Notes under the pieces: generated by a model
The model's input: only the letters and a program-made list of their open reading frames with translations
The model's database searches: none
What the model was told of the DNA's origin: nothing
Made by a program: the position numbers and the translations under genes
Shown here: piece after piece, positions 19,893-30,030 of the stretch
Layout of the letters: the number at the start of each line of letters is the position of its first letter
Numbering within the stretch: the stretch's first letter is position 1
Source of the DNA: Clostridia bacterium
GTDB lineage: Bacteria > Bacillota > Clostridia > TANB77 > CAG-465
Length of the DNA: 64,000 bases
NCBI GenBank assembly: GCA_017626395.1
Contig: JAGAIU010000015.1
Location: 3,746-67,745 of the forward strand
Direction: 5' to 3'

Positions 19893-22652
19893 ATGAAACT
19901 ATTAGAAAAAATATTTGGAACTTATAGTGGGAGAGAAATAAAGAAAATAACTCCACTAGTAGATAAAATTGAATTAATTGAAGAAGACTTAAAAAAACTT
20001 AGCGATGAACAACTTAGAGGAAAGACTGCTGGGTTTAAAGAAAGACTAAAAAATGGTGAAACATTAGATGATATTTTACCAGAAGCTTATGCTACGGTTG
20101 CTGAAGCTTCGAGTAGAGTACTTGGAATGAGACACTTTAGAGTACAGCTTATAGGTGGTATTATTATTCACCAAGGAAGAATAGCAGAAATGAAAACAGG
20201 TGAAGGAAAAACTTTAGTTGCAACATTACCTGTATATTTAAATGCATTAAGTGGAAAAGGTGTACACGTAGTAACAGTTAACGATTATCTTGCAAAAAGA
20301 GATAGTGTTTGGATGGGAAAATTATATAATTTCTTAGGTTTAACTGTAGGACTAGTAGTACCTAATATGTCACCAGATGAAAAAAGAGCTGCATATAATG
20401 CAGATATAACTTATGGAACAAATAATGAATTTGGTTTTGATTATTTAAGAGATAATATGACTATGGATAAAGCATCAATGGTACAAAGAGATTTAAACTT
20501 TGCTATTGTCGATGAAATAGATAGTATCTTAATTGATGAAGCTAGAACTCCATTAATTATTTCTGGTAATGTAAATAAACAAAGTGACTTATATAAACAA
20601 GCAAATGCTTTTGCTAAAACATTAAAGCCAAGAAAAATTGTAGAAAATAATGATAAAGAATTTGATGAATCAGATGAGGATTATGATTACATAGTAGATT
20701 TAAAAGCACATACTGTTGCTTTAACTAATACTGGTACTAAAAAAGCTGAAAAATTCTTTGGAATCGAATCATTATCTGACGTATCTAACTTAACAGTATC
20801 TCATCACGTAAATCAAGCTTTAAGAGCATATGGGTTAATGCATAGAGATAAAGATTATATAGTTAGAGATGGAAAAGTACTTATTGTAGATGAATTTACA
20901 GGACGTATAATGGATGGAAGAAGATATAGCGACGGATTACACCAAGCAATAGAAGCTAAAGAAAATGTTACTATTGCTAACGAGTCTCAAACTCTTGCAA
21001 CTATTACATTCCAAAATTATTTTAGATTATATAATAAACTTGCTGGTATGACTGGTACAGCTAAAACAGAGGAAGAAGAATTTAAAGGTATATACAAATT
21101 AGATATAGTTGAAATACCAACTAATAGACCTGTAAAAAGAATAGACCATAATGATGTTGTATATAAAAATCAAAATGGAAAATTTAATGCTATAGTTAAA
21201 GAAGTAGCAGAAAGTTACGAAAAGGGACAACCAGTACTTGTTGGTACAGTATCAATTGATAAATCTGAATTAATAAGTAACCTATTAAAAAGAATGAAGA
21301 TACCACATCAAGTATTAAATGCAAAATTCCATGAAAAAGAAGCTGAAATTATAGCACAAGCTGGTAAATATAAAGCAGTTACTATCGCTACAAACATGGC
21401 AGGACGTGGTACAGATATTATGCTTGGAGGTAACTTAGAATTTATAGTTAAAAGTGAGTTAGCAAAAAAAGGATATACTCCAGAAGAAATAGAACTTGCT
21501 ATAACTCCAATTCCAAATGAAGATCCAAGAATTATTCAAGCAAAAAAAGATATGAAAGAAATAGAAGATAAATATAGACCAGAGATCATGAAAGAAAAAG
21601 AAAAAGTTATAGCTGCCGGTGGATTAAGAATAATAGGTAGTGAAAGACATGAATCTCGTCGTATAGATAATCAGTTAAGAGGACGTTCTGGACGTCAAGG
21701 AGATCCAGGTGAATCTCGTTTCTATATCGCTATGGATGATGACTTAATGAAACTATTTGGTTCAGATAAAATGACTGCCATTGTTGATGCTTTAGGTCTT
21801 CCAGAAGACATGCCAATTGAACAAAAAATGTTAACTAATACAATAGAATCTGCTCAAAAGAAAGTTGAAGGTAGAAACTATTCAATAAGAAAAAATGTAC
21901 TTGAATATGATGATGTAATGAATCAACAAAGAGAAATTATATATTCTCAAAGAAGAGATGTTATTGCAAGCGAAAATATTTTCGATATTGTTAAAAAATT
22001 ATATACAGGAATACTTAACCATATAGCAGATGAATATTTTGAGGATGCAGATAACATTGAAAGTGTAGATTATAATGCTGTAAATGCCGTTTTAAAGAAT
22101 TTATTTGGTGAAGATGAAATAGTATCTAAAGAAGATATAAAAAGCTTAGATGAAGAATATGTGACTGAATTATTAATATCTAAAGTTGATGCTATTTATG
22201 AAAAGAGAGTAGAAGAAGCTAAAAAGTTAAATATTGAAGCAGAATTTAATAGAATTGCTAAATATTTAGTGTTAAATACAGTTAATCACAAATGGATGGA
22301 TCATATAGATGCAATTACCGCATTAAAAGAAGGTATAGGCCTAAGAGCTTATGCTCAAACTAATCCACTTGAAGCATATAAAATGGAATCATATAATATG
22401 TTTGAAGATTTGGTTAGAAGTATAAGAGAAGAATCTGTAAAAGCAGTATTCTCATTAAAACCTAAGAAAAAAGAAGAAGTTGTAAATGTTAAAGTTCAAA
22501 ATCAAGTTACTAACATGTACACTAATGCAGGTGGAGAAGATACTCCAAAAAGAAAACCTGTAGTAAAAAAAGAACAAAAAGTTGGTAGAAATGACCCGTG
22601 TCCATGTGGAAGTGGGAAAAAGTATAAAAACTGTTGTGGCAAAAATTCTTAA
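19893..22652 (+). CDS. secA: preprotein translocase ATPase SecA
   Basis: Canonical SecA N-terminus (MKLLEKIFGTYSGREIKK), DEAD-motor motifs, and a C-terminal zinc finger CPCGSGKKYKNCCG. Confidence 0.95.
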   Translation: MKLLEKIFGTYSGREIKKITPLVDKIELIEEDLKKLSDEQLRGKTAGFKERLKNGETLDDILPEAYATVAEASSRVLGMRHFRVQLIGGIIIHQGRIAEMKTGEGKTLVATLPVYLNALSGKGVHVVTVNDYLAKRDSVWMGKLYNFLGLTVGLVVPNMSPDEKRAAYNADITYGTNNEFGFDYLRDNMTMDKASMVQRDLNFAIVDEIDSILIDEARTPLIISGNVNKQSDLYKQANAFAKTLKPRKIVENNDKEFDESDEDYDYIVDLKAHTVALTNTGTKKAEKFFGIESLSDVSNLTVSHHVNQALRAYGLMHRDKDYIVRDGKVLIVDEFTGRIMDGRRYSDGLHQAIEAKENVTIANESQTLATITFQNYFRLYNKLAGMTGTAKTEEEEFKGIYKLDIVEIPTNRPVKRIDHNDVVYKNQNGKFNAIVKEVAESYEKGQPVLVGTVSIDKSELISNLLKRMKIPHQVLNAKFHEKEAEIIAQAGKYKAVTIATNMAGRGTDIMLGGNLEFIVKSELAKKGYTPEEIELAITPIPNEDPRIIQAKKDMKEIEDKYRPEIMKEKEKVIAAGGLRIIGSERHESRRIDNQLRGRSGRQGDPGESRFYIAMDDDLMKLFGSDKMTAIVDALGLPEDMPIEQKMLTNTIESAQKKVEGRNYSIRKNVLEYDDVMNQQREIIYSQRRDVIASENIFDIVKKLYTGILNHIADEYFEDADNIESVDYNAVNAVLKNLFGEDEIVSKEDIKSLDEEYVTELLISKVDAIYEKRVEEAKKLNIEAEFNRIAKYLVLNTVNHKWMDHIDAITALKEGIGLRAYAQTNPLEAYKMESYNMFEDLVRSIREESVKAVFSLKPKKKEEVVNVKVQNQVTNMYTNAGGEDTPKRKPVVKKEQKVGRNDPCPCGSGKKYKNCCGKNS

Positions 22653-22659
22653 TAGGTAT

Positions 22660-22690
22660 AAAGCTCGTGTTTAACGAGCTTTATTTATAT
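22660..22690 (+). terminator. intrinsic terminator after secA
   Basis: AAAGCTCGT-GTTTA-ACGAGCTTT followed by ATTTAT. Confidence 0.6.
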
Positions 22691-22714
22691 TAGCTTTTAA
22701 AAGGGAGTGATAGT

Positions 22715-23590
22715 ATGGTAGATATGCATATGCATACAACTTATTCAGATGGAACTAGTACTTTAGAAGAAGTACTAAAAATTTGTGAAGAAAAGAAATT
22801 AGACTATATATCTTTAACAGATCATAATACTTGCAAAGAATATGACGATAAAGCTTTTTTAAATAATAAAACTTTTAGTGGTAAAATTATAAAAGGTGTA
22901 GAAATGAATGCTACGTTTAAAAATAAAAGCATTGAAGTTTTAGGATATAATATAAAAGAAACTCAATTAATAGAAGAGTGGTCACAAAAATTTTTTTCAG
23001 AAGAAGTATTAAGAAAACAGCAAGAAGAGTCAAAAAGAAAATTATTAGATATCTGTGATAGAAAAGGCCTAGTTTACGATGAAAGTAAAATAAGAAAAGA
23101 TATCCCTTTAACAGATTATATAACTATATATATTTACAAAGAATTAATTACTCATGAAGAAAATATACCTATTCTTGGTGAATTCGCAGAATCATTAAAT
23201 GTATTTATAAGAAAAGGATTAATGAATCCGGAAAGTGAATATTATGTGAGTAATTATAATCCAAAGCCAATGTATAAAGATGTTGTAGATATTATACACA
23301 AAGCTGGAGGTATAGCATTTTTAGCTCATCCTTTTGAATACAGATTTGAAGATACAATTAATTTTATAGATGAGTTAAGAAAAGAAAAAGAACTGGATGG
23401 AATAGAATGTTTTCATCCATCTGCAGAAACAGAAAATAGAATAGATATTCTTATAGATTATGCTAGAAAAAATAACTTATATATAAGTGGTGGAAGTGAT
23501 TATCACGGAAGCAAAAAACCAGATATTGATATAGGAAGTGGTAGAGGAACTTTAAATATACCAAGTGAATATATTAAAGAATGGATTTAA
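22715..23590 (+). CDS. PHP-domain metal-dependent phosphoesterase
   Basis: MVDMHMHTTYSDG...LTDHN, a PHP (polymerase/histidinol phosphatase) signature. Confidence 0.75.
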   Translation: MVDMHMHTTYSDGTSTLEEVLKICEEKKLDYISLTDHNTCKEYDDKAFLNNKTFSGKIIKGVEMNATFKNKSIEVLGYNIKETQLIEEWSQKFFSEEVLRKQQEESKRKLLDICDRKGLVYDESKIRKDIPLTDYITIYIYKELITHEENIPILGEFAESLNVFIRKGLMNPESEYYVSNYNPKPMYKDVVDIIHKAGGIAFLAHPFEYRFEDTINFIDELRKEKELDGIECFHPSAETENRIDILIDYARKNNLYISGGSDYHGSKKPDIDIGSGRGTLNIPSEYIKEWI

Positions 23591-23612
23591 GAATAGAAAA
23601 GAGGAGAGAAAT

Positions 23613-23858
23613 ATGCAAGAATTAAAGATAAATGGAATATATAAACATTTTAAAGGTGACTATTATTTAGTTGTAGATGTTGCAAATCATTCTGAAACTA
23701 AAGAAAAATATGTAGTTTATAGAAGATTATATGGAGATGGTGGTCTATGGATTAGACCTATGGATATGTTTTTAAGTGAAGTGGATCATGAAAAATATCC
23801 AGATGTAAAACAAAAATATAGATTTGAACTACAAGAAATAAAAAGTGTTGTAGAATAG
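23613..23858 (+). CDS. DUF1653-family protein
   Basis: YKHFKGDYYLV...YRRLYGDGGLW resembles the DUF1653 consensus. Start at ATG 23613 after an AGGAG RBS. Confidence 0.5.
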   Translation: MQELKINGIYKHFKGDYYLVVDVANHSETKEKYVVYRRLYGDGGLWIRPMDMFLSEVDHEKYPDVKQKYRFELQEIKSVVE

Positions 23859-23865
23859 AAAAAAG

Positions 23866-23893
23866 CGGGACATATTACTGTCCTGCTTTCATC
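23866..23893 (+). terminator. intrinsic terminator
   Basis: AGCGGGAC-ATATTACT-GTCCTGCT followed by TTCATC. The U-tract is weak. Confidence 0.45.
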
Positions 23894-24042
23894 ATTTTAT
23901 CTGAAATAAATATAGATATTACAATAGGTAGATAAAAAATATACCATAGATATAATTCTTAAAAATTAAAAAAGTAAAATTGAAGAATATTGTAGTATGA
24001 AATTTTCTAATTATATTGAATAATATTATATAGAATAAGATT

Positions 24043-24072
24043 TGACTTATTAAATTGTTTTTTGTTATAATA
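24043..24072 (+). promoter_or_regulatory. sigma-A-type promoter
   Basis: TTGACT-18 nt-TATAAT located about 25 nt upstream of the 24097 start. Confidence 0.5.
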
Positions 24073-24096
24073 GTTATACTTGGAGGTTAAATATTT

Positions 24097-25131
24097 ATGG
24101 ACACGCAGTACATAATTGCACAAATTTTAGGTGTTATTGGATGGACACTATATTTATTAAGTTTCCATGCAAAAAGGGAAAATAAGGTTATTTTTATGCA
24201 GATATTGGCATCTACATTTTATGGTTTAAACTACGGACTTTTAGGAGCATGGTCTGGACTATTTGTTAGTGCTTTAGAAACTATAAGGTCAATTGGATAT
24301 TATAAAACAGATAAAGATAAGTATATATTTAGATTATCTGTACCAGTATATATTTTAATTGGTATATTTTCAGAAGATAGTATAATAGGTATATTACCAA
24401 TAGCTGCTAGCTTATTAGAAAGTTATGCAACACTAAAAAGTAAAAAGTTTATGGTTGTTGGTGGAGCTATAGGGATGTGCTTATGGATTGTATATGGATT
24501 TTTCTATGCAGACTATGTAGGAATCCTAACAGATTTATTAATTCTTGTTTCAAACGTAAGTATATTACTAAATGGATATAGTAAATTTTTAAGAAGAGAT
24601 AGAGTATATACAGTAAGTGGAATGTATATTTCGGCAAATACTATGGAAGAACTACATCATTTAGATAGAGGATATTATGATACACAATATTTATGGGATG
24701 TAGATTCAATGAAAGAATTATATAAATCAGAAAAAAATAGCTATATATTAGTTAAAGATAATAATAAGATTATAGGATATGTAAACATTTTAAATTTAAG
24801 AAAAGAAGTATATCAAAAAATGATAGAATCAGAAGAATTATTTGATGAATTTGAAGCTAGAGATATATTAAACTTTGAATTAGGTAAAAATATATATTTA
24901 AATATAAATTCAATAGTTTTAAAAAGCGAATATCATAATAAAGATTCAATAGAGAAAATATCTCATGCAATAGATAAATTTATTAATATGAGAATTAAAA
25001 AAGGATACAAAATTAAAGAGATAAATTCAATTTCAGTAAACGAATTTGAAAGTGAAGTATTAGAAAATCTAGGATTTGAAAAAGCAAGAGATATTACTAA
25101 TGAAAGTTTTTTATATGTAAAGAAATATTAA
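24097..25131 (+). CDS. fusion of a YgjV-like inner-membrane domain and a GNAT-like acyltransferase domain (putative)
   Basis: The N-terminal 160 aa are polytopic and resemble YgjV. The C-terminus ends ...VLENLGFEKA, which is typical of a GNAT fold. Confidence 0.4.
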   Translation: MDTQYIIAQILGVIGWTLYLLSFHAKRENKVIFMQILASTFYGLNYGLLGAWSGLFVSALETIRSIGYYKTDKDKYIFRLSVPVYILIGIFSEDSIIGILPIAASLLESYATLKSKKFMVVGGAIGMCLWIVYGFFYADYVGILTDLLILVSNVSILLNGYSKFLRRDRVYTVSGMYISANTMEELHHLDRGYYDTQYLWDVDSMKELYKSEKNSYILVKDNNKIIGYVNILNLRKEVYQKMIESEELFDEFEARDILNFELGKNIYLNINSIVLKSEYHNKDSIEKISHAIDKFINMRIKKGYKIKEINSISVNEFESEVLENLGFEKARDITNESFLYVKKY

Positions 25132-25136
25132 AAAAG

Positions 25137-25165
25137 AGTTTACAAAAATGTGAACTCTTTTTTAT
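25137..25165. terminator. bidirectional terminator between convergent genes
   Basis: AAGAGTTTACA-AAAA-TGTGAACTCTT with one mismatch, flanked by A- and T-runs. Confidence 0.55.
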
Positions 25166-25168
25166 TTA

Positions 25169-27667
25169 TTATTTTTTATTTCTTTTTATAATAGGTGATT
25201 CGTAGTGTTCAGTAATTGCATTACCATTACCTTGTTTATCTAATGTAACGTTTGCATTATCAAACACAATTTCAAAATCATCATTTACAGAATTAGAAAT
25301 ATTTCTAGTATGTATGTAATTTTGATTATTATTTACATTTGATTCATGCATTTCTTTCTTTAATTCTTGTTTTAACCTTCCCGTTGTGTTAACTCCAAAT
25401 AGTTTATCATCATTTGTAGATGTATCGCTATCGTTCATTGTAATTGTTGGAGCATCTGGTTTAGACATCATATACTTTTCAAAGTTAAACATAAGAGTTT
25501 TTTGTTTCTCTTTGTATTTTCCATCTAAGAAAGTAGTTTTACCTTCACCAAATACAGTTTTTCCATTTGCAGATTTTGTTTTATAGAACATTGATCCAAA
25601 TCCAAGCTCTGCAAGTTTATGAATTTTAATTCTTTCTTTATCTTTAACATCAATTTTAGTTGTACCTTTAAGACCTGTAGTATTGTCAAGAGAGTATCCA
25701 GTAGATTTGTCTGCTTTTTTCTCTTTACCAAATGCTTCACTCCAGTATTTACTATCCTCATAAACTGTATCACCAAATACAATTTGTGTTTTAGTATTTG
25801 CAAGTACTGTTTGTCTATAGTATGTATGTCCAGATTTTTCTAGTTGAGATAAGTTTTGAATAGCTACTGTAACACCACATCTATATTTTCTGAATAATGT
25901 GAACATAACTTCCATATCTTTAGTGATGTATTCTGGGAATTCATCGATATATAAGAAGTGAGGTGTTCTTGATTCTTCATTTCCTTTTCTTCTAAGTACA
26001 GCATCTTGGAATTGTAATATAAAGAACATACCAAAAGCTTTAGCTTGGATTATACCAAGGTCACCTTTTCTTGAACATGCAGTTATTACACTACCATCTG
26101 CTAATGCTTTATCAAAATCTATTATGTTTTTCTTACCACATAGAGCAGCTTTAAGACCTGGGTGACGAACTAAGTTGTTAAGTTGTGTTATAGCACCATA
26201 TAAGAATTTTTCAGTATCTTTTCTACCACTACCACGTGTACCAGGAATTTCATATCCATTTATATTTAAACTTGGTTTGTAGAAGTTTTTCTCAAAATAT
26301 TTAATTAATAGTTTATATTTTTGTTCTAATTCTGGAATCTTTTTCATTTCTTCTGTCATTTCTTCAACAGCATCGAAATTATATAGTAATTCCAACATAT
26401 CTTCTAGAGAAGCGATTTCTCCATTGTGAAGTATAGGATACATTTCTTTAAGTAGTATAGATAAGTTTTGGAAAGCATCTATAGTTACTTGTGTAAAGAA
26501 TGGATCACTAGTTCCTTTAGATTCACTACCATACATAGCCATCAAAACGTCTGCTACAATTGAAGCTACTTTGGCAGGATCAGGTATAGCAAATGGGTTA
26601 ATACTTAATGTTGTCTCTGGGCTAGCAGGGTCGATAGACAATACATCTATATCAAAGTTTTTAGCTACTCCAATAAATTGTGAAATAAAGTTACCATCAT
26701 TTTCAACTATTGTAACACCTAAATTTCTGTATGTTGTAGCACCAGTAGCATTATCTTTGTATTGTACTAAAGGTCTAACTTCAGAATCAAATTGATCTTC
26801 CATACCATTTTTAGGTCTTAATAAACTTAATGAGAAATTTCTGTTTATATATCTATTATCATATGGACCATTCATATAAGCAATTCCTCTTTTTAACATA
26901 GAATAACCAATTTTTTTAGCATATTCTCTAAAGAAGAATTTTTTCTCAAGGTCAAGTGCACTCATAGGTAATAGAACTGTTGCAGTTTTACCTGTACCAG
27001 TAGCACCTTGTACAAGAGTTGCTTCATAACGTTTTTTCTCAGGTACAACTATTGGAACAGAAGTTCCTTTAGCTCTACCGATTACTGTATCACAATCAAA
27101 TCCTGTAGCTTTCTTACCACTAGAATTTACAGTCAAACCAACGTATCCAGCAATAGATTTTGTTAAATCTTCATCATTGTAAATAGATAAGAAATAGTCA
27201 ACTATGTAAGTTATAGATATAAAAGGTATAACTAAACATAAAGCTCTTACAGCTGCTATTACAAGTTCAGGATATGTAGTTGCTAAAGCATCAAAATTTG
27301 GTAACATATCCATAACTGTCCAAAACAACCAATTTATACCAGTTGCTACAGTATTCAATACAGCTAATGCTAATAAAGTACATGTGAACATAAACATCTT
27401 TATTTTATGATCATCATTTTTAGCAAGCCCTGAATTTACAAAAAATGAGAAAGCTAAGACAGGACAAATATAAAGTAATGCAACCCCATAAGGAATTAGC
27501 GAGTCTATGGTTATGCTATCACTTATATGAGTACTGCCAATTGCCAAACTAAGCAATCTTGTAAGACTAAAAAATGCAACAACAATGCTGATTGCATAAA
27601 ATATATATGTTAAGATTTTCTCTGGCTTAGTTTTAATGTTTAATTTTTTAAAAAACTTTTCTAACAA
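25169..27667 (-). CDS. VirD4/TraG/TraD-family type IV coupling protein-like ATPase with a ~180-aa polytopic N-terminus and an Asn/Thr-rich C-terminal tail
   Basis: Walker A LVQGATGTGKTATV, Walker B-like FLYIDEFPEY, about 6 predicted N-terminal TM helices, 832 aa. No T4SS genes flank it. Confidence 0.5.
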   Translation of the reverse strand: MLEKFFKKLNIKTKPEKILTYIFYAISIVVAFFSLTRLLSLAIGSTHISDSITIDSLIPYGVALLYICPVLAFSFFVNSGLAKNDDHKIKMFMFTCTLLALAVLNTVATGINWLFWTVMDMLPNFDALATTYPELVIAAVRALCLVIPFISITYIVDYFLSIYNDEDLTKSIAGYVGLTVNSSGKKATGFDCDTVIGRAKGTSVPIVVPEKKRYEATLVQGATGTGKTATVLLPMSALDLEKKFFFREYAKKIGYSMLKRGIAYMNGPYDNRYINRNFSLSLLRPKNGMEDQFDSEVRPLVQYKDNATGATTYRNLGVTIVENDGNFISQFIGVAKNFDIDVLSIDPASPETTLSINPFAIPDPAKVASIVADVLMAMYGSESKGTSDPFFTQVTIDAFQNLSILLKEMYPILHNGEIASLEDMLELLYNFDAVEEMTEEMKKIPELEQKYKLLIKYFEKNFYKPSLNINGYEIPGTRGSGRKDTEKFLYGAITQLNNLVRHPGLKAALCGKKNIIDFDKALADGSVITACSRKGDLGIIQAKAFGMFFILQFQDAVLRRKGNEESRTPHFLYIDEFPEYITKDMEVMFTLFRKYRCGVTVAIQNLSQLEKSGHTYYRQTVLANTKTQIVFGDTVYEDSKYWSEAFGKEKKADKSTGYSLDNTTGLKGTTKIDVKDKERIKIHKLAELGFGSMFYKTKSANGKTVFGEGKTTFLDGKYKEKQKTLMFNFEKYMMSKPDAPTITMNDSDTSTNDDKLFGVNTTGRLKQELKKEMHESNVNNNQNYIHTRNISNSVNDDFEIVFDNANVTLDKQGNGNAITEHYESPIIKRNKK

Positions 27668-27840
27668 ACGAAATCACCACTTTCAGTAATATAAATAGCT
27701 AATACGTGTCTAATTGACATATTAACTTAATTCATATATAATAATACTATAAATTAGGTAATTTTTCAAGACTTTTTAGCAAAGTAAAGCCAAAAAGAGG
27801 AGAGAAATTTTTATTTTTGAAAAAAGGAAAGTGAAAAATA

Positions 27841-28374
27841 ATGAAAATAATTGTTGGATTGGGAAATCCCGGGAAAGATTACGAACAAACTAGACATAAT
27901 ATTGGCTGGCTGTTTTTAGAGTATTTAGCAGAGAAATATGATACTAGTATATCAAAGAGTAACTGCGACTCTTTAATTGGTGAAACTAAGATAAATAACG
28001 AAAAAATTATTTTTGCTAAACCACTAACTTATATGAACTTAAGTGGCAATGCAGTTTCTAAATTAAAAAAATGGTATAAAGTTGAAAATGAAGATATTCT
28101 TATTATTTATGATGATATAGATATTCCATTTGGAAATATAAGATTTAGAGAAAAAGGTAGTGGTGGAACACATAACGGAATGAAAAATATTGTTCAAATG
28201 CTATCTACACAAGAAATATCAAGAATTAGAATTGGACTAGGTGGCCTTAAACATGAAAAGCAAAATATGGCCGATTTTGTACTTCAAAGATTTAAAAAAG
28301 AAGAACTAGAAAAACTTAATAATGAAATTTTTCCAGAAGCTGAAGTAAAATTTGAAGAATTTCTTGACAAATAA
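27841..28374 (+). CDS. pth: peptidyl-tRNA hydrolase
   Basis: MKIIVGLGNPGKDYEQTRHNIGW, a canonical Pth N-terminus. Confidence 0.9.
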   Translation: MKIIVGLGNPGKDYEQTRHNIGWLFLEYLAEKYDTSISKSNCDSLIGETKINNEKIIFAKPLTYMNLSGNAVSKLKKWYKVENEDILIIYDDIDIPFGNIRFREKGSGGTHNGMKNIVQMLSTQEISRIRIGLGGLKHEKQNMADFVLQRFKKEELEKLNNEIFPEAEVKFEEFLDK

Positions 28375-28475
28375 TATAACTTTTGTTATAATAATACACG
28401 TATTCCGCACAGAAGAGGTTTGAAAGTATAAAACACCTTAATGGCGAGAGAAAGTTAGATTTAAGGAGGAACATT
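28375..28475 (+). promoter_or_regulatory. rplU 5' leader, possibly the L21-leader autoregulatory element
   Basis: A ~100-nt GC-richer leader (CCGCACAGAAGAGG...GGCGAGAGAAAG) before the rplU RBS. Rfam describes an L21-leader motif at this position in Firmicutes. I have not verified its structure here. Confidence 0.25.
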
Positions 28476-28829
28476 ATGTACGCAATAGTTGAAATTAGTG
28501 GTAAACAGTACAAAGTTCAAGAAGGAGACATTGTTTTCGTAGACAGAATTGAAGAATTAGAAGAAGGTAAAACAACTACTTTTGATAAAGTTCTATTAGT
28601 TTCTGATGGAGACAAAGTTACTGTTGGAGCAGACACTGTTAAAGGTGCAAAAGTTAAAGCTACAGTTGTTGGACATGGTAAAGCAAAAAAAGTTGTTGTA
28701 TTCAAATACAAAGCTAAAAAGAATGAAAGAAAAACTAGAGGACACAGACAACCTTATACTAAAATCCAAATTGAAAAAATAACAACTGGAACAAGAGCTA
28801 AAAAAGCTACTGAAGAAGCAGCTGAATAA
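28476..28829 (+). CDS. rplU: 50S ribosomal protein L21
   Basis: MYAIVEISGKQYKVQEGD... Confidence 0.9.
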   Translation: MYAIVEISGKQYKVQEGDIVFVDRIEELEEGKTTTFDKVLLVSDGDKVTVGADTVKGAKVKATVVGHGKAKKVVVFKYKAKKNERKTRGHRQPYTKIQIEKITTGTRAKKATEEAAE

Positions 28830-28870
28830 TTTAAGAAAAAACGTAATGTGAATTAAAAGGAGTGAGATAA

Positions 28871-29131
28871 ATGGCACATAAAAAAGGCGGCGGTTCTACT
28901 AAGAACGGTAGAGATAGTGAAGCTAAAAGACTTGGAGCTAAAAGAGCTGATGGTCAATACGTATTAGCAGGAAATATTTTATACAGACAAAGAGGAACTA
29001 AAGTTCACCCAGGTACTAACGTTGGTATCGGAAGCGATGATACTTTATTTGCTATGGTTGACGGTGTCGTTAAATTTGAAAGAAAAGGAAAAAGCGACAA
29101 AAAAGTTAGCGTATATCCTGTAGAAGAATAG
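28871..29131 (+). CDS. rpmA: 50S ribosomal protein L27 (no N-terminal propeptide)
   Basis: [22 protein letters not shown]... There is no prp gene between rplU and rpmA. Confidence 0.9.
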   Translation: MAHKKGGGSTKNGRDSEAKRLGAKRADGQYVLAGNILYRQRGTKVHPGTNVGIGSDDTLFAMVDGVVKFERKGKSDKKVSVYPVEE

Positions 29132-29141
29132 TAAAAATTAG

Positions 29142-29168
29142 GCAACTACATTTGTAGTTGCTTTTTTT
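29142..29168 (+). terminator. intrinsic terminator after rpmA
   Basis: GCAACTACA-TTT-GTAGTTGC followed by TTTTTTT. Confidence 0.75.
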
Positions 29169-29302
29169 ATGTTTAAAATGTTAAATAAGCTTATATTAGT
29201 TGATTAATTAACATAATTATGGTATAATATATTTGTTAGTAAAAATTTATATTTGAAACTTAATAAGTTCAAAAATTTAATTATTAAAAAGGAGGAATGT
29301 AT

Positions 29303-29948
29303 ATGTTTAGAAAAGAATGTGTCGCTGCTACATATAATGAAAGAAGCAAGACATTAGTTCTATTTAATGACAAAGCATCAAAAATTGAGGAAAGGGAAAT
29401 CTCTCGGAAAAGTATTTGTTGATCACAAAAATAGGGTAGTAAGATTGTATAACTTTAGAAAAAAAGAACTTACTAATAAAGAAAAAGTAGAAATACTTTA
29501 TAGTCTATTAGAAGAAAGTGTTTTATTACCTGGTTCTATTAAAACTAATGAATACGAAAATATAGGCGAATATGTTTTATTATTAAATGGTTATTTGTTA
29601 GATGGAAGATTTAAAGAGCCAAGAGTTAAATACGATTCAATTATAACTGAATTGATAGACAATACCGAACATTATGTGGGAGAACCCAAAACTGTTACTA
29701 ATTTACGAAGCGAAGTAAGAACATATTATCAATTATACAAAGATACATTTGGTAAAGCAAAAATAATAATACCTTTAAGTAATCCTAATAGAATACAAGG
29801 GTATAAGGACATCGTTAATCTTGCTACAATGTTAAGAGTCTACTTAAAAGATAAAGGTCATAGTGTTCATGTATATGAAAAAAGAAATGGATTTAGAAAA
29901 AACAAAGAACTTCATATATCTCCACGTAATTGGCCGATAGACTATTAA
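29303..29948 (+). pseudogene. gene of unknown function with an apparent +1 frameshift: a 39-codon RBS-driven ORF (29303-29422) overlaps the out-of-frame body ORF (29367-29948)
   Basis: A strong RBS AGGAGG lies 6 nt before ATG 29303, and that frame stops at 29420. The 193-aa ORF at 29367 sits in the +1 frame and has no RBS. An A5 tract at 29380-29384 falls inside the overlap. Confidence 0.4.
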
Positions 29949-29954
29949 AAAGAG

Positions 29955-29978
29955 AGCTTGAATTTTCAAGCTTTTTTT
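29955..29978 (+). terminator. intrinsic terminator
   Basis: AGCTTGAA-TTT-TCAAGCT followed by TTTTTTT. Confidence 0.7.
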
Positions 29979-30030
29979 ATTTTTCCATCATAGAATATTA
30001 ACTTAAATAAAAATTTAAGGAGGTATTAAT

